A stretch of 64,000 bases of DNA. Source: a virus. The stretch lies in the IMG/VR virus record IMGVR_UViG_3300026488_000010, one strand, 5' to 3'. The position numbers and the translations under genes were made by a program. Shown here piece after piece: positions 18,782 to 29,427 of the stretch. Within the stretch, counting starts at the first letter, position 1. Each line of letters begins with the position of its first letter. The notes under the pieces are model-generated. The model searched no databases. It had not been told where the DNA came from and was given only the letters and a program-made list of their open reading frames with translations.

Positions 18782-20134
18782 ATGTTAATGACAATTACAG
18801 AAAAAGAATATATTGGTGTTATTCGAAGCGGTGTTCAAACTGCAAGTGCTGAAGGGAAGTATTTAGTACATATTGATGAACTAACAGCAATTGCTGGTGA
18901 TAATGCTATTTGGGCAAGAAATGAGATATCTGGAAATCGCTTTAGTCGATGGGTAGAAATTGGCTCAGGTAATATTAAATCATCAGGACAGTATTCACCT
19001 TTAAAAGAAGGCATGAATGTTAATGTTAGATTTAGATCTAATGCTTTAACATCTGCTTATATTACAAATATTATTGCTCATAGCCCATTACCAGATACTC
19101 CTGAGAATAGAGATACTTTTCACTTAATAAACAAGACTGAAAAAGGTTCATGGATATACCAAGATGATTCTAGAGATATTACTCACATTGCACATAATGA
19201 TGGTGCGTCAAATGTTACTCTAACATCAGATAAAGTTTTATTACATGTTGGTTCTCCAATTAATGGTGGGTTAACAGGTGTATTAAAACAAAACGCTATT
19301 GAAGTTTCAGAAAATGGTACAACTATGGAGTTTGGTCAAAATTCTATAACAATGGATGATACTGGAATATCTTTTAGAGTTGGTAAGAAAAATGCGATTA
19401 TTATAACTGATAGTGGGATAAAATTAATTACTGACGGTTTATTAGAAATTGAGACAGATAAAGATATTCGGATGAAGAGTGCAACATATTATAACACTGC
19501 AAGTAATGAGATTAATCTCAGTTCAAATGTTATAAGAAGTACCGGAAATACTAGAAACATCATGACTGGGAATGAAGTTCAGCTATCAGCTAAAACATTA
19601 ATTTATTTAAAATCTGATACTAATGTTCAGATCGATGCGTTAGCACGAACTGCGATAACCGGTTCGTTAATTGAAGTCGTTGCTGATTTAAATGTTTACA
19701 TGACTGGACAAGTAATTGATTTATCAAGCACATCTTTAGTTTTAGAAGGAGATGCTGTCGCAATTGGTTCATCCGTTATTCAAATGGATGGTTTAATTAT
19801 GGCTGGGATGGGATTAGGTTCTGCTGTGGCATCTGCAACATTAGCATTGAATAAAACTATGTCTGCTGGACTAGATTTAGGCGGTATGGGAATTGCTGCG
19901 GCAACTGGTTTTAATGATCCAATTACAGCAACGATGACTTCAGCAATGGCTGCATCTATTCCAGGATCAGCAAACCCTTGTCCAAATATAGTTGAACCAA
20001 TATTTGTACATGCTAAAATAGGTTCTGAAATATCTGAAACTATGAGATACATAACAGCTGTTGATGCATCATATGGTTTAGTTATACAAGAACAATTTGA
20101 AAATTTAAGGAGCACACATGAATTCTACTCTTGA
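18782..20134 (+). CDS. baseplate central spike (gp5/VgrG/GpV-like)
   Basis: OB-fold pattern W.....G...SGQYSPLKEGMNVNVRF, followed by Gly/Ile/Thr beta-helix repeats; PAAR gene downstream. Confidence 0.75.
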   Translation: MLMTITEKEYIGVIRSGVQTASAEGKYLVHIDELTAIAGDNAIWARNEISGNRFSRWVEIGSGNIKSSGQYSPLKEGMNVNVRFRSNALTSAYITNIIAHSPLPDTPENRDTFHLINKTEKGSWIYQDDSRDITHIAHNDGASNVTLTSDKVLLHVGSPINGGLTGVLKQNAIEVSENGTTMEFGQNSITMDDTGISFRVGKKNAIIITDSGIKLITDGLLEIETDKDIRMKSATYYNTASNEINLSSNVIRSTGNTRNIMTGNEVQLSAKTLIYLKSDTNVQIDALARTAITGSLIEVVADLNVYMTGQVIDLSSTSLVLEGDAVAIGSSVIQMDGLIMAGMGLGSAVASATLALNKTMSAGLDLGGMGIAAATGFNDPITATMTSAMAASIPGSANPCPNIVEPIFVHAKIGSEISETMRYITAVDASYGLVIQEQFENLRSTHEFYS

Positions 20135-23100
20135 TTTTGCTGCCGCTTATAGTGGTGGTTATAAAGGTCAGAAACGTTCATTATTAGATAGTGAGGCACA
20201 AAATAGCCTTAATGAGCAATTAGATGCCGCAAGTTCTGCAGCTAATGATAAGTTACAAGATATGGGTCTACCTGCATGTCATTTAGATTTTAGTGCTCTC
20301 GGCAATTTAAATTTTGATTATTTTGATGTTCAAGCTTCGCCTATAAATTATAAACTTTTTATAAAACTTAGACGAATTGGTGATGAGATTAGAATAATCA
20401 ATGATACATTTATTGATTTAATTGAGGAATTCAAATGTTGTAATACCGCAGAGTATTACAATGATAAAGTTGTGGATGGAATATTTAGATGGGTAGTTGA
20501 AGATTTTTTAGGCTCACTTGTTGATACAGTCGAAGGTATTATTAAAGCTGGACATGCTATTAAAATTATATTATGTACTGTTCGACCAGTTCCTGGTAAC
20601 CCTTGGTTAGGTGCTGGTGGTTGGGATTGGATGAATACATTATATTCTGCAGTTAATGGTTTTGATGCAATTGTTGATTGGATTCTAGATGGTAACCCAT
20701 TAGATGCCTTTTTAAAACCTTTAGTTTCGTTTAGAAAGAAATTAAAATCATGTACAAAAGCATCTGCTCTTTTTGAGAATCAAGATCCAAGTGCTATCTC
20801 TGATGGCATGTTAAGAAAGTTGATTGACAATTATGAAGCAACTGATACTAAACCAAAAGATAAAGAGAAAGATGCTTATGCTAAGGCAACAACAGAACTG
20901 AAACAGAGTTCTGATAAGCAAACTTTATTAATTCGTGAAATTTCGCAACTTGAAAGAGATCGCAGATCTGCTTTAGCTTATGAGGATGTTAATGAAAATA
21001 CTGGGCCTATTATAGGTGCAATTGATATTGAAATTCAAGAAAAAACTGACGCCTTAGCAATTGCTCAAACGTCAGTTGCTAAGGCACAGGATGAATACGA
21101 TGTTGCCGTTAAGCCTATTGAAAAAGCAGCCGAAAATGATATACAGGCAAGATACACATCAGATGCTTTAGTTCATAAAAATTTAGATCAAATAATTCTT
21201 GATAAATATGAGCCAAGTTGTACATGTTTAGCAGGATTTTTGGGATTAACTATTAATCAACCATTTGAATTTGTAACTGTTTCAACATTTAATGATATTG
21301 AAAAATTATTATCAAAGCGCGTGCATTCATCTGATGATGGTGCGTGGGCAAATATTGTTGATATGGTAGAAGATGGGGGATTAGATGGCTCAGTTGATGC
21401 AACGACCATTAAAGATTTATATATCAATAAAAATAATATTGAAAAGAAATATAAAAAATTAAATTCTTCGATTGATCGAGATAATCTTAAAAATTTAAGA
21501 TTATGGACTGATGCATTATTTAACCATGATTATGATAGTACTGTTATAAATTATACATATACAAATCACAATGGTGCATATGTAACTGAAGAGTACAATA
21601 TTGAAACTGATTCATTGTTGCTTTTTAAAGATAAAGAACCTACTGATACATTAGTAAGTTTATATAGTGATGATACAGATCAAAGCACAACTGATATTAC
21701 AAAACAAGTTTTTGAAAAAAATGAGTCAAGATTGAGAGAAAGATATAGAGTTGCTCAAGAGCGGTCAATATTGGCTCAACGCCGTTATAGAATTGAAGAT
21801 CAATTAAATCAAGTATGGAATACTCTTAGACGTAATGCTTTACAACAGTTAAAATATAATCGTTATTATGCAGCTAAGGCTGATGAATCTTTTGTTGATT
21901 CTGTAATATTAAAAACATTTAATGTTCTTGCAAATTCATATGATTATTTATATGCACAAGCAACTTTAGATAGACTTGGTCCAAGCTTTGATGTTGTTTA
22001 TTTTCTACAAAATTTTACATCAGCAACCAATGCTGAAATAAATGATTTTACTGATCCAGTTGGCGCATTATTTGATCCGAATTTTATACCAGAGGAATTA
22101 TATTTGGTATATGATGAAACAGATGATTCTAGACCATTTATTGGAAATTTTCAAACTCTTCAAAGTTCGTGGGTTGAACTAGATGAATCTATTGGAATAT
22201 TAGATGCGGCAATTAATAAATTAGATATTTTAACAGAAATGAATAATGTTGTTATTCAGGTAGTTGGTACAGCATTAACTGAATGTGGTTGTGATTTATT
22301 ATGTAAGATAATTCAATGGGTTGTTGATTTAATTATATCAACAGCAAAAGGTCTAATCACAATGATTATTAAAAAACTTGTTCAAGCAATTATGAATGAA
22401 CATGTTAGTTATATAATTAAAATGGTAATTGATAAATATAAATGTTTTCTTGATGGAAAAGAATTTAATGATAATATGGATATTTTAGAAGAGCGAGCAG
22501 ATGCTTTAAAACTTATGTTTGATACAGGGACTGTTGAAGAACCAGGCGAGGCACCTCTAAATTATATGAAAGCTGCTGCGTATTGTAAGGTTGAAGAAGA
22601 TGCTAAAACAAAAGATGCTGCTGCATTAGAAGATGATACTGTAAACTTACCATTAGATGAACAAGTTTTACAAGATGATGGTACAACAATATCTAATCCA
22701 CAACCAGCATATGGTGTAGATGCGGGTCCAGAAGAACCTGGTAATCGTATTATAAATAATGGTGGTAGTGTTAAAGAATCTAAAACTGAACGAAATATTC
22801 CAGAAATTGTTTTAGATTGTTCAGTATTAAAACCATCTATTGAAGTGGTTTTAGAACATAGAGATTCATATGAATTTATGGTTGCTTTTAAACCTAGCGA
22901 TTATATATTGACAGCGGATATTCATTCTATTCCACAAGATCAAGCTCAAAATAATATCGATATTTTAGACGGTGATGGTAATGTAATTGATGATTCAGAT
23001 GCAAAATCAAAAGTTGATGATATATCAAATATTATGAATAATGTTCAAACACAATTAGCGCAAACATTAATTGAACCTATTTATATTGAACCTGATTGTG

Positions 23101-25160
23101 ATGATATTACTGATGATAAAGAAAATCTTTTACAATTATGTTCATTAAATAATTTATTAATCAATGAGTTTAAAATTATAGATAATGATTTAGAAGTATC
23201 TGATGCTACAGTTTATGGTACATTAAGTACACAATTAATAAATTATGCAGATGATGTTTACGAGAATTTTTCTGATACTGAACCTCGATTATTAAAAGAG
23301 AATGAAAAGTATTTTACTTATACAATTCCTGAAAATGTTGAAACAGTAACTGGTCCAGCTATATCTTCTCAAACTCGTGATGCAGTTGAGGGTGCGGATA
23401 ATACTCCTAGAACTGTTACGAGCACAGATGTGTCTTCAACGGTAGATGAAATAATAACTGTTTACACATCAATTGAATATTCTTATGAAGAAGTTGATGA
23501 CGTATTGAAAGAAACTGCTGTCACATCAAAAACAACAACAGTTAATAAACAATTCAGATATCCCAATTTGGAAATATTGGTTGAGTTTAAAAATAAAGTT
23601 AATAGATTACAAGTTCGTGTAACTTTAGATGTTTTAGCTGATCGAACTTTTGAACAGCCAACCGAATATGATGTTGGTTCATATGATGGTCGATATTTAG
23701 ATGTCGCTGATTTAGGTTCAGTAAATGCTTCAACTGGTATATTAATTATTAGTGTTGAGCGTATCTATAAAGCTTGTCAAAATCTTTTAACCGAAAGTTT
23801 TATGATAAAGAATCCTGAAGAGATTATTGAAAATATTAATAAAGATCCAATTGATACATGTTTACTTGGAGATACTGAAAAAGCAAAAACTTTAGAAGTT
23901 CAAGGAATTGTAGATTCAACAACTGCTGTAGTTGATAAATTTAGCGATGATTTAGAAAATGTAATTGATAAATTAGATTTGCCAAATCCAGTTGTTGATG
24001 CAACAACTAATCCAATAGTTATACCAGATATGAAATATTCAATACCATTTATAGTATTGAATAAAGAATTTAATTTGATGATTCAAATTGTTGATCGAAA
24101 GATTTATTTACAATTTCCAAGTTCATCAATGGTTAATGCTGAGCCGGTTATCATTGATTATGAATTAGTCCCTGATGATATATACATGTTCTCTTTTAAA
24201 TTTAGTGGGCTATTATTTAATATGTCTCTTATTACTCCAGATAAAGAAGTGATAAGTGTTAAAGGTATCAACATTGATGGTTATCAATTATTCCCTACAA
24301 TTCTAGGTGGAAATGTAAATAAGACCGCATCATTTTGTGGAACATTTTATGATATCATAATGTCAAAATCGGGTAACTATATGTTACCTCATAATAAAAA
24401 ATCATTGTTGAGTTATGTTCCTAGAACATCTTCTATATTATTTGATTTTGGATTATTTAAAGATGGTCGAGTATTAAACACTATAGGTAAAGCTGGTGAT
24501 AGATTTATAAACTCAACAGATGGAGTAACAGATGATTTCGCATCACCTATTGCACCTGCTGAACAACAAGCAAACGCGATAGGAAAAGTTATAACAAAAA
24601 GAGGTTTCTATCAAGTCTTCGAAGGATATATGGATAGTTTCTTTTGTAAGAATAATCTTATTGGAAAAGACTTTACTGTATCATTATGGTTGTATAATTT
24701 AAAAAATACAAAAACAAAACATGTTATCATATCTGATGATATCAATGATATATATGTTTATTATAATGCTTTTGAACAAAAAATGGTTTTAGATATTCAA
24801 GGGGTTGAAAACTTCGTTTATATTGAATTGGATTATTGGACACATATAACTTTTAAACATGTTTTATATGCTAATAGTTATCAATTAATTATTCATAAAC
24901 TTCCTGATTTGGAAACAAATGTTCAAGAAGAAAAATTAGTAGTTAATGTTTTATCAAAAGTTCAGTTCGCATTAATGGGTATATTTGCTGAATATAATAA
25001 AGAAGATCGTAGATATGATAATAAATTTAATGGACTATTATCAACATTATCTATATTCTTTACACCTATAGATGATGCAACATATGATGATTTACATACT
25101 AATCAACAACGATTAGTTCGAGGTATGGAAAATGTTGAAAGGATAAGTTATGTATACTAA
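20118..25160 (+). CDS. large acidic virion-associated protein with C-terminal LamG/concanavalin-like domain
   Basis: 1680 aa between spike and PAAR genes; DFTVSLWLY...WTHITF...FNGLLSTL LamG-like pattern. Confidence 0.6.
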   Translation: MNSTLDFAAAYSGGYKGQKRSLLDSEAQNSLNEQLDAASSAANDKLQDMGLPACHLDFSALGNLNFDYFDVQASPINYKLFIKLRRIGDEIRIINDTFIDLIEEFKCCNTAEYYNDKVVDGIFRWVVEDFLGSLVDTVEGIIKAGHAIKIILCTVRPVPGNPWLGAGGWDWMNTLYSAVNGFDAIVDWILDGNPLDAFLKPLVSFRKKLKSCTKASALFENQDPSAISDGMLRKLIDNYEATDTKPKDKEKDAYAKATTELKQSSDKQTLLIREISQLERDRRSALAYEDVNENTGPIIGAIDIEIQEKTDALAIAQTSVAKAQDEYDVAVKPIEKAAENDIQARYTSDALVHKNLDQIILDKYEPSCTCLAGFLGLTINQPFEFVTVSTFNDIEKLLSKRVHSSDDGAWANIVDMVEDGGLDGSVDATTIKDLYINKNNIEKKYKKLNSSIDRDNLKNLRLWTDALFNHDYDSTVINYTYTNHNGAYVTEEYNIETDSLLLFKDKEPTDTLVSLYSDDTDQSTTDITKQVFEKNESRLRERYRVAQERSILAQRRYRIEDQLNQVWNTLRRNALQQLKYNRYYAAKADESFVDSVILKTFNVLANSYDYLYAQATLDRLGPSFDVVYFLQNFTSATNAEINDFTDPVGALFDPNFIPEELYLVYDETDDSRPFIGNFQTLQSSWVELDESIGILDAAINKLDILTEMNNVVIQVVGTALTECGCDLLCKIIQWVVDLIISTAKGLITMIIKKLVQAIMNEHVSYIIKMVIDKYKCFLDGKEFNDNMDILEERADALKLMFDTGTVEEPGEAPLNYMKAAAYCKVEEDAKTKDAAALEDDTVNLPLDEQVLQDDGTTISNPQPAYGVDAGPEEPGNRIINNGGSVKESKTERNIPEIVLDCSVLKPSIEVVLEHRDSYEFMVAFKPSDYILTADIHSIPQDQAQNNIDILDGDGNVIDDSDAKSKVDDISNIMNNVQTQLAQTLIEPIYIEPDCDDITDDKENLLQLCSLNNLLINEFKIIDNDLEVSDATVYGTLSTQLINYADDVYENFSDTEPRLLKENEKYFTYTIPENVETVTGPAISSQTRDAVEGADNTPRTVTSTDVSSTVDEIITVYTSIEYSYEEVDDVLKETAVTSKTTTVNKQFRYPNLEILVEFKNKVNRLQVRVTLDVLADRTFEQPTEYDVGSYDGRYLDVADLGSVNASTGILIISVERIYKACQNLLTESFMIKNPEEIIENINKDPIDTCLLGDTEKAKTLEVQGIVDSTTAVVDKFSDDLENVIDKLDLPNPVVDATTNPIVIPDMKYSIPFIVLNKEFNLMIQIVDRKIYLQFPSSSMVNAEPVIIDYELVPDDIYMFSFKFSGLLFNMSLITPDKEVISVKGINIDGYQLFPTILGGNVNKTASFCGTFYDIIMSKSGNYMLPHNKKSLLSYVPRTSSILFDFGLFKDGRVLNTIGKAGDRFINSTDGVTDDFASPIAPAEQQANAIGKVITKRGFYQVFEGYMDSFFCKNNLIGKDFTVSLWLYNLKNTKTKHVIISDDINDIYVYYNAFEQKMVLDIQGVENFVYIELDYWTHITFKHVLYANSYQLIIHKLPDLETNVQEEKLVVNVLSKVQFALMGIFAEYNKEDRRYDNKFNGLLSTLSIFFTPIDDATYDDLHTNQQRLVRGMENVERISYVY

Positions 25161-25425
25161 AGTTGGTTCAGTTGCAATGGGGACGTGCGTTTGTGTGGTC
25201 CCACCAGTAACTCCTTTTCCTGCAACAGGTGTTGTTATATCAGGCGATCCTAATTTTTTACAAGAAGGTTTACCAGTAGCAGTTGCCGGTACGTCTATGG
25301 TAATGTTCCCATGTGGAACATCAACAATTATTCCAACAAAAACTGATTTTTTACTTGGTGGAGTACCAGTAAGTTCTCCTGGTGATACAACTATAGGTTG
25401 TGGTATGGGAACAATAACTTTATAA
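25150..25425 (+). CDS. PAAR-like spike-tip protein (gp5.4-like)
   Basis: Repeated SG...FL.EGLPVA..G / FLLGGVPVS..GD motifs with Cys ligands. Confidence 0.8.
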   Translation: MYTKVGSVAMGTCVCVVPPVTPFPATGVVISGDPNFLQEGLPVAVAGTSMVMFPCGTSTIIPTKTDFLLGGVPVSSPGDTTIGCGMGTITL

Positions 25426-25434
25426 GGAAATTAA

Positions 25435-27540
25435 ATGTCGCACAAAGCAACTGAAGATTTAAAAATAGCACTTATATCAGGTGATGCACTTATTGGTGCA
25501 GCGGTTGGTGCTGTTCAAACTGCAATCACAAATATGAATAATGAGATTGCAAATGATGGTGGTAGCACTGGAATAACTATATCAATGTTAACACCTGCTC
25601 TTGGAGGTATGGCTTCACCAAGTGGAGACATCGATTCAAGTATTGGTCAATTTACTGACTATATGATCAATCATGGTAAAGATATGATCATGGTTTCAGA
25701 CCAAGCAGATCAATTTGTATGTATAGCGAATGATACATTTTCCAGAATTGTTGATGTATATGGTACTCTTCAATCAGATTTTGTAACACCATATGTAACT
25801 GCGATTTCAACAATAGTTGAAAAGTTGTCAGATATACAATCATATGTTGAATCAAGACAAGGATATACATCAACATCTGAGGTCGCTGAAACTCAAAATC
25901 AAGTTGATATATTAAATCAAGTATCAATAGATAATTATAATTCTTTTTTAGCAACATTGAATGATGCTCAAGCATTGTATGAAATGAGTACAACAACTTT
26001 GAATCAATTTAAAGAGATTCTTCAAGTTAATGCTGTGGTAGGTATTGCATTATCATTATCAAAACAAGGTTATCAAGAGTTAGTTGTTATGAATCAATTA
26101 TATTATAGAATTGATACTGATAATCCTGATGATGTTGTTGTTACTGATTCAGGCGATTCTACAATTTTTAATAGTAATGATACATCATTTAAAGAAGATC
26201 AAAAAAGATTGTTAAAATTGTTAACTGCTTCGTTATTAGAAAAACATGATTATATTGATAATACTGGAACTGTTCGCGTTGATCATACATTAGATGGTTC
26301 ACCAGCAGATATTATTGTACCTAAGGCATTACAAGAATTTCAATTGGTTCCATCAGATATTGTTGCAGATAAACCATCTTTTAATTTATTTGATGATTTA
26401 TTTAAGGCTATAACTTTTGCTGAACATTTAAATAATGAATCAAAATTAACTGATACAATATTACAATTACATTATGATACAATAATTGACCCATTAGTTT
26501 CATTTGAAGTTTTTAAAGCTGAATTTGTAACAATTAATGAAGTACTCTTAAAATTTATAGGTGGTATAGATGCACCTATTATATCAGAGTCCAAGGACGA
26601 TTTTAAGCTTCATCAAAATTGGAAAATATTAAAAGATTTAATATCATTAAGGGATTCACAAGCGATACCAAGTGAGCCAAAAACATTTAAAGGTATTGAA
26701 TTATTTAATGGGACGAGTACTGAAAACTCAGAATATTATAATGATTATATGAGTCAGTTATATAACACATATTCAGTTAGTACTGAATTTTTTGATACAT
26801 CTGAACAATACATTGCAGCATTCAATTATGTATATCAAGAAGAAGATTTAACAGTTACTTCTAAATCTGGGAATTGTGTAGTTTCAGTTTTTGAAGGATT
26901 TGGCGCAGATGAGAAGTTGATAGAATTGGTAGCTAAATTTCCATTTAAAACTAAATATTATTCTGATTCAATAGGTGTTGTTTATGTTGAGGCACAGATT
27001 GGGGATAATGTTATTATTTTGAAAGATAATGTTTTATACACCTTTTATAAAACATTAGATGTTGATCACCATTCATTTACATCTGTAAACACTTCACATA
27101 AAGATATAACTCTTGGTTATAAAATGTCAGGTTATTTATCAAATGAAGATTCTAGTTTATCATTAACTAAACAATATTTAAAAATTGATGATAATAATGT
27201 TTTAAATAAATCTGCTTTGGGTATTATAGAGAAATCAAAGATTTCTACAAAAATTATATCAGATGATGCAAGTGCCACAACATTTACTTTAAATAAAAGA
27301 ACCGTATCAGAAATAGATAATATTATTTACACTAACGATTATAATCAAATTGAGCGAATAGTTACTAATATAACGAATGTATATAGAGAAAAACTTATAA
27401 ATAAAGAAATTGATTTTACCGAAGCTCGTTTGAAATCAATTTTAGGTTCTCTAGAATATTTAGATTATCAAAGAAAATTTGATAACTATATTGATTATAC
27501 TTGGACAGCTGGGGTTCCTAGAGTTGTTCGTGAACATTAA
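25435..27540 (+). CDS. hypothetical protein (701 aa), probably virion-associated
   Basis: Long acidic ORF in the spike operon with AAGGA RBS. Confidence 0.65.
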   Translation: MSHKATEDLKIALISGDALIGAAVGAVQTAITNMNNEIANDGGSTGITISMLTPALGGMASPSGDIDSSIGQFTDYMINHGKDMIMVSDQADQFVCIANDTFSRIVDVYGTLQSDFVTPYVTAISTIVEKLSDIQSYVESRQGYTSTSEVAETQNQVDILNQVSIDNYNSFLATLNDAQALYEMSTTTLNQFKEILQVNAVVGIALSLSKQGYQELVVMNQLYYRIDTDNPDDVVVTDSGDSTIFNSNDTSFKEDQKRLLKLLTASLLEKHDYIDNTGTVRVDHTLDGSPADIIVPKALQEFQLVPSDIVADKPSFNLFDDLFKAITFAEHLNNESKLTDTILQLHYDTIIDPLVSFEVFKAEFVTINEVLLKFIGGIDAPIISESKDDFKLHQNWKILKDLISLRDSQAIPSEPKTFKGIELFNGTSTENSEYYNDYMSQLYNTYSVSTEFFDTSEQYIAAFNYVYQEEDLTVTSKSGNCVVSVFEGFGADEKLIELVAKFPFKTKYYSDSIGVVYVEAQIGDNVIILKDNVLYTFYKTLDVDHHSFTSVNTSHKDITLGYKMSGYLSNEDSSLSLTKQYLKIDDNNVLNKSALGIIEKSKISTKIISDDASATTFTLNKRTVSEIDNIIYTNDYNQIERIVTNITNVYREKLINKEIDFTEARLKSILGSLEYLDYQRKFDNYIDYTWTAGVPRVVREH

Positions 27541-27548
27541 GGATATGT

Positions 27549-28055
27549 ATGAAATATAAATATGACATAACTGCTGAAAAAGAATTTAAAAGAGTTGCAA
27601 CTTTTAAAGGTAAACCGAAAGGGTTTATAATTTTTGATAGTTATAATAATGAATGGTTTCCTTTAAAAATGGTTACTATTGATAAGATTGATTTTAATCT
27701 TAGAGTTATTAAAGATGAATTTCACCGGAAATATGGTGGAGCATCTTCAACTGAATTGTTTATGCCCTGGCATTATACAATTGAATTTATAGGAAAAAAT
27801 TATTTTCCTATTTTAACTAGACCGATTATGTATAAATCGTTGATTCCTGGTTATGAAGATTACATTAGTATTTGTATAACAGGTGATACAAATTTAGATA
27901 TTTATTCACCAGATTTTTATAAAGTAATTGCTCACCAAGTAATGAATTCTGTTCATTATGTTCCAGGGTGGAGATTAAACCCATCTGATTATACAACATA
28001 TCATAATTTGGGTAGTGGTTTTAAAGAGCTACAATTAGAAAAAAACTTTAGGTAG
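27549..28055 (+). CDS. amidase_2/PGRP-fold-like protein, probably degenerate
   Basis: PWHYTI...TRP...ISICITGD pattern; the N-terminal Zn-ligand His is not evident. Confidence 0.45.
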   Translation: MKYKYDITAEKEFKRVATFKGKPKGFIIFDSYNNEWFPLKMVTIDKIDFNLRVIKDEFHRKYGGASSTELFMPWHYTIEFIGKNYFPILTRPIMYKSLIPGYEDYISICITGDTNLDIYSPDFYKVIAHQVMNSVHYVPGWRLNPSDYTTYHNLGSGFKELQLEKNFR

Positions 28056-28063
28056 GTATTACT

Positions 28064-28183
28064 ATGACGAAAGAATTTATGCGCTGTAATAGCGAGGTAT
28101 GTGCGATTAATGAGGGTGGAAGCCTATGTAAAGAATGGCCTGATATGGATAAGATGCTTAATGAAGAAAGAGGAGATATATAA
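28064..28183 (+). CDS. small Cys-containing protein (39 aa, not in ORF track)
   Basis: AGGT RBS-like; reads MTKEFMRCNSEVCAINEGGSLCKEWPDMDKMLNEERGDI. Confidence 0.4.
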   Translation: MTKEFMRCNSEVCAINEGGSLCKEWPDMDKMLNEERGDI

Positions 28184-28254
28184 TGTTTGATTATTTTGAA
28201 TATGTTGAGTCAACATATATGGAATGGGGGAATATTTAATATGTGGAGGTTTAC

Positions 28255-28740
28255 GTGATTAATCAATTAGAAAAGGTTAGGCCTCGTATCAATCACTTTG
28301 ATTATAAAATTTATCCTTTTTATACCTATGTTTATTTGAATCCTTTTGAAGAGGTTCAATTAAAATATAGATTGCCTAATCAGTATTTAGAGTTTGCATA
28401 TGAACCATTTTATGTTGGTAAGGCTACAGGTGCAGGATTTAGACATAATCAACACATTGCTGAATATTTAAAATCTGGTAAAGAAACAGTTAATCATAAG
28501 ACAGTTCATGATCCACATAAGCGAGAAATGTTTAAACGTTTAGAGCAGAATATGAAACAATATGGTTCTTCAAATGTTAAATATCCTAGAAATTGGGAAG
28601 AGTATCAACGTGATTGGATTATTGTTATCAAAGCTAGTTCGAATGCTGATGCATTATCTAGATTTGAGAAAACTGTTATAAGTACAATAGGTACTTTAAA
28701 AAATGGTCGTGGACCATTAGTTAATATATTATTAGGTTAA
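28255..28740 (+). CDS. GIY-YIG (LEM-3-like) nuclease domain protein
   Basis: FYTYVYLNP...PFYVGKATG..FRH.QH and E..VI..IG....G.GPLVN; GGAGGT RBS before GTG 28255. Confidence 0.7.
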   Translation: MINQLEKVRPRINHFDYKIYPFYTYVYLNPFEEVQLKYRLPNQYLEFAYEPFYVGKATGAGFRHNQHIAEYLKSGKETVNHKTVHDPHKREMFKRLEQNMKQYGSSNVKYPRNWEEYQRDWIIVIKASSNADALSRFEKTVISTIGTLKNGRGPLVNILLG

Positions 28741-28752
28741 TAAGGATAATAA

Positions 28753-29115
28753 ATGAAAGAAAGATTACAAAATGGATCAGTGCATATAAACTATGCAAAT
28801 ATTGATTATTTAGAAGCTCGTGAAGTTGATGGTATGTTTAAATTATTTTACCCATCGAAGCCAAAAATTAAAACAGAAATGTTAGAATTACCAAAATCGT
28901 TTACAAATATGTTAAATGTAAATAAATTTATGAAAGAGATTGGATACATAAAGACTCAAGGATTTTATATAAATAAAAATCGTTTTTGTGTTGTATCAGA
29001 AGGTGAATTATCAAAAACAAAAAGAGAAGTCACATTTCAAATGATGACTTCAAAATTAATTGTAAATATTCCAGAAACTGAATGGTTGCAAATTAAGAAC
29101 TCTCAGCTTAGATAA
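28753..29115 (+). CDS. hypothetical protein (120 aa)
   Basis: AAGGA RBS; last gene of the + arm. Confidence 0.65.
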   Translation: MKERLQNGSVHINYANIDYLEAREVDGMFKLFYPSKPKIKTEMLELPKSFTNMLNVNKFMKEIGYIKTQGFYINKNRFCVVSEGELSKTKREVTFQMMTSKLIVNIPETEWLQIKNSQLR

Positions 29116-29150
29116 GCAAGAGAGTTCTTCTCTTGTGGCAAAATTCAAGA

Positions 29151-29193
29151 GATCGTTTTATAAAGAATAAAAAATATTCTTTATAAAACGATC
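29151..29193. repeat. 19-bp perfect inverted repeat with 5-nt loop
   Basis: GATCGTTTTATAAAGAATA-AAAAA-TATTCTTTATAAAACGATC. Confidence 0.9.
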
Positions 29194-29416
29194 TTTAAAG
29201 ATCGTTTTTATTTTTGAAGGTCTTAAAGTGTTGTATATTAGTCACTTCTGTGCAATTTACAAAACGATCTTTAAAGATCGTTTTTATTTTTACAAAACGA
29301 TCTTTAAAGATCGTTTTTATTTTTACAAAACGATCTTTAAAGATCGTTTTTATTTTTACAAAACGATCTTTAAAGATCGTTTTTATTTTTACAAAACGAT
29401 CTTTAAAGATCGTTTT
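29185..29416. repeat. array of the 24-bp palindrome AAAACGATCTTTAAAGATCGTTTT: one copy at 29185 plus five at a 33-bp period
   Basis: Copies start at 29185, 29261, 29294, 29327, 29360, 29393; linkers in the tandem part are identical (TATTTTTAC). Confidence 0.97.
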
Positions 29417-29427
29417 TGAGGACAAGA

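Noticed and set aside
29258-29418. 33-bp repeat array as a CRISPR array
   Set aside because: Units are contiguous with identical 9-nt linkers; there are no unique spacers and no cas operon.
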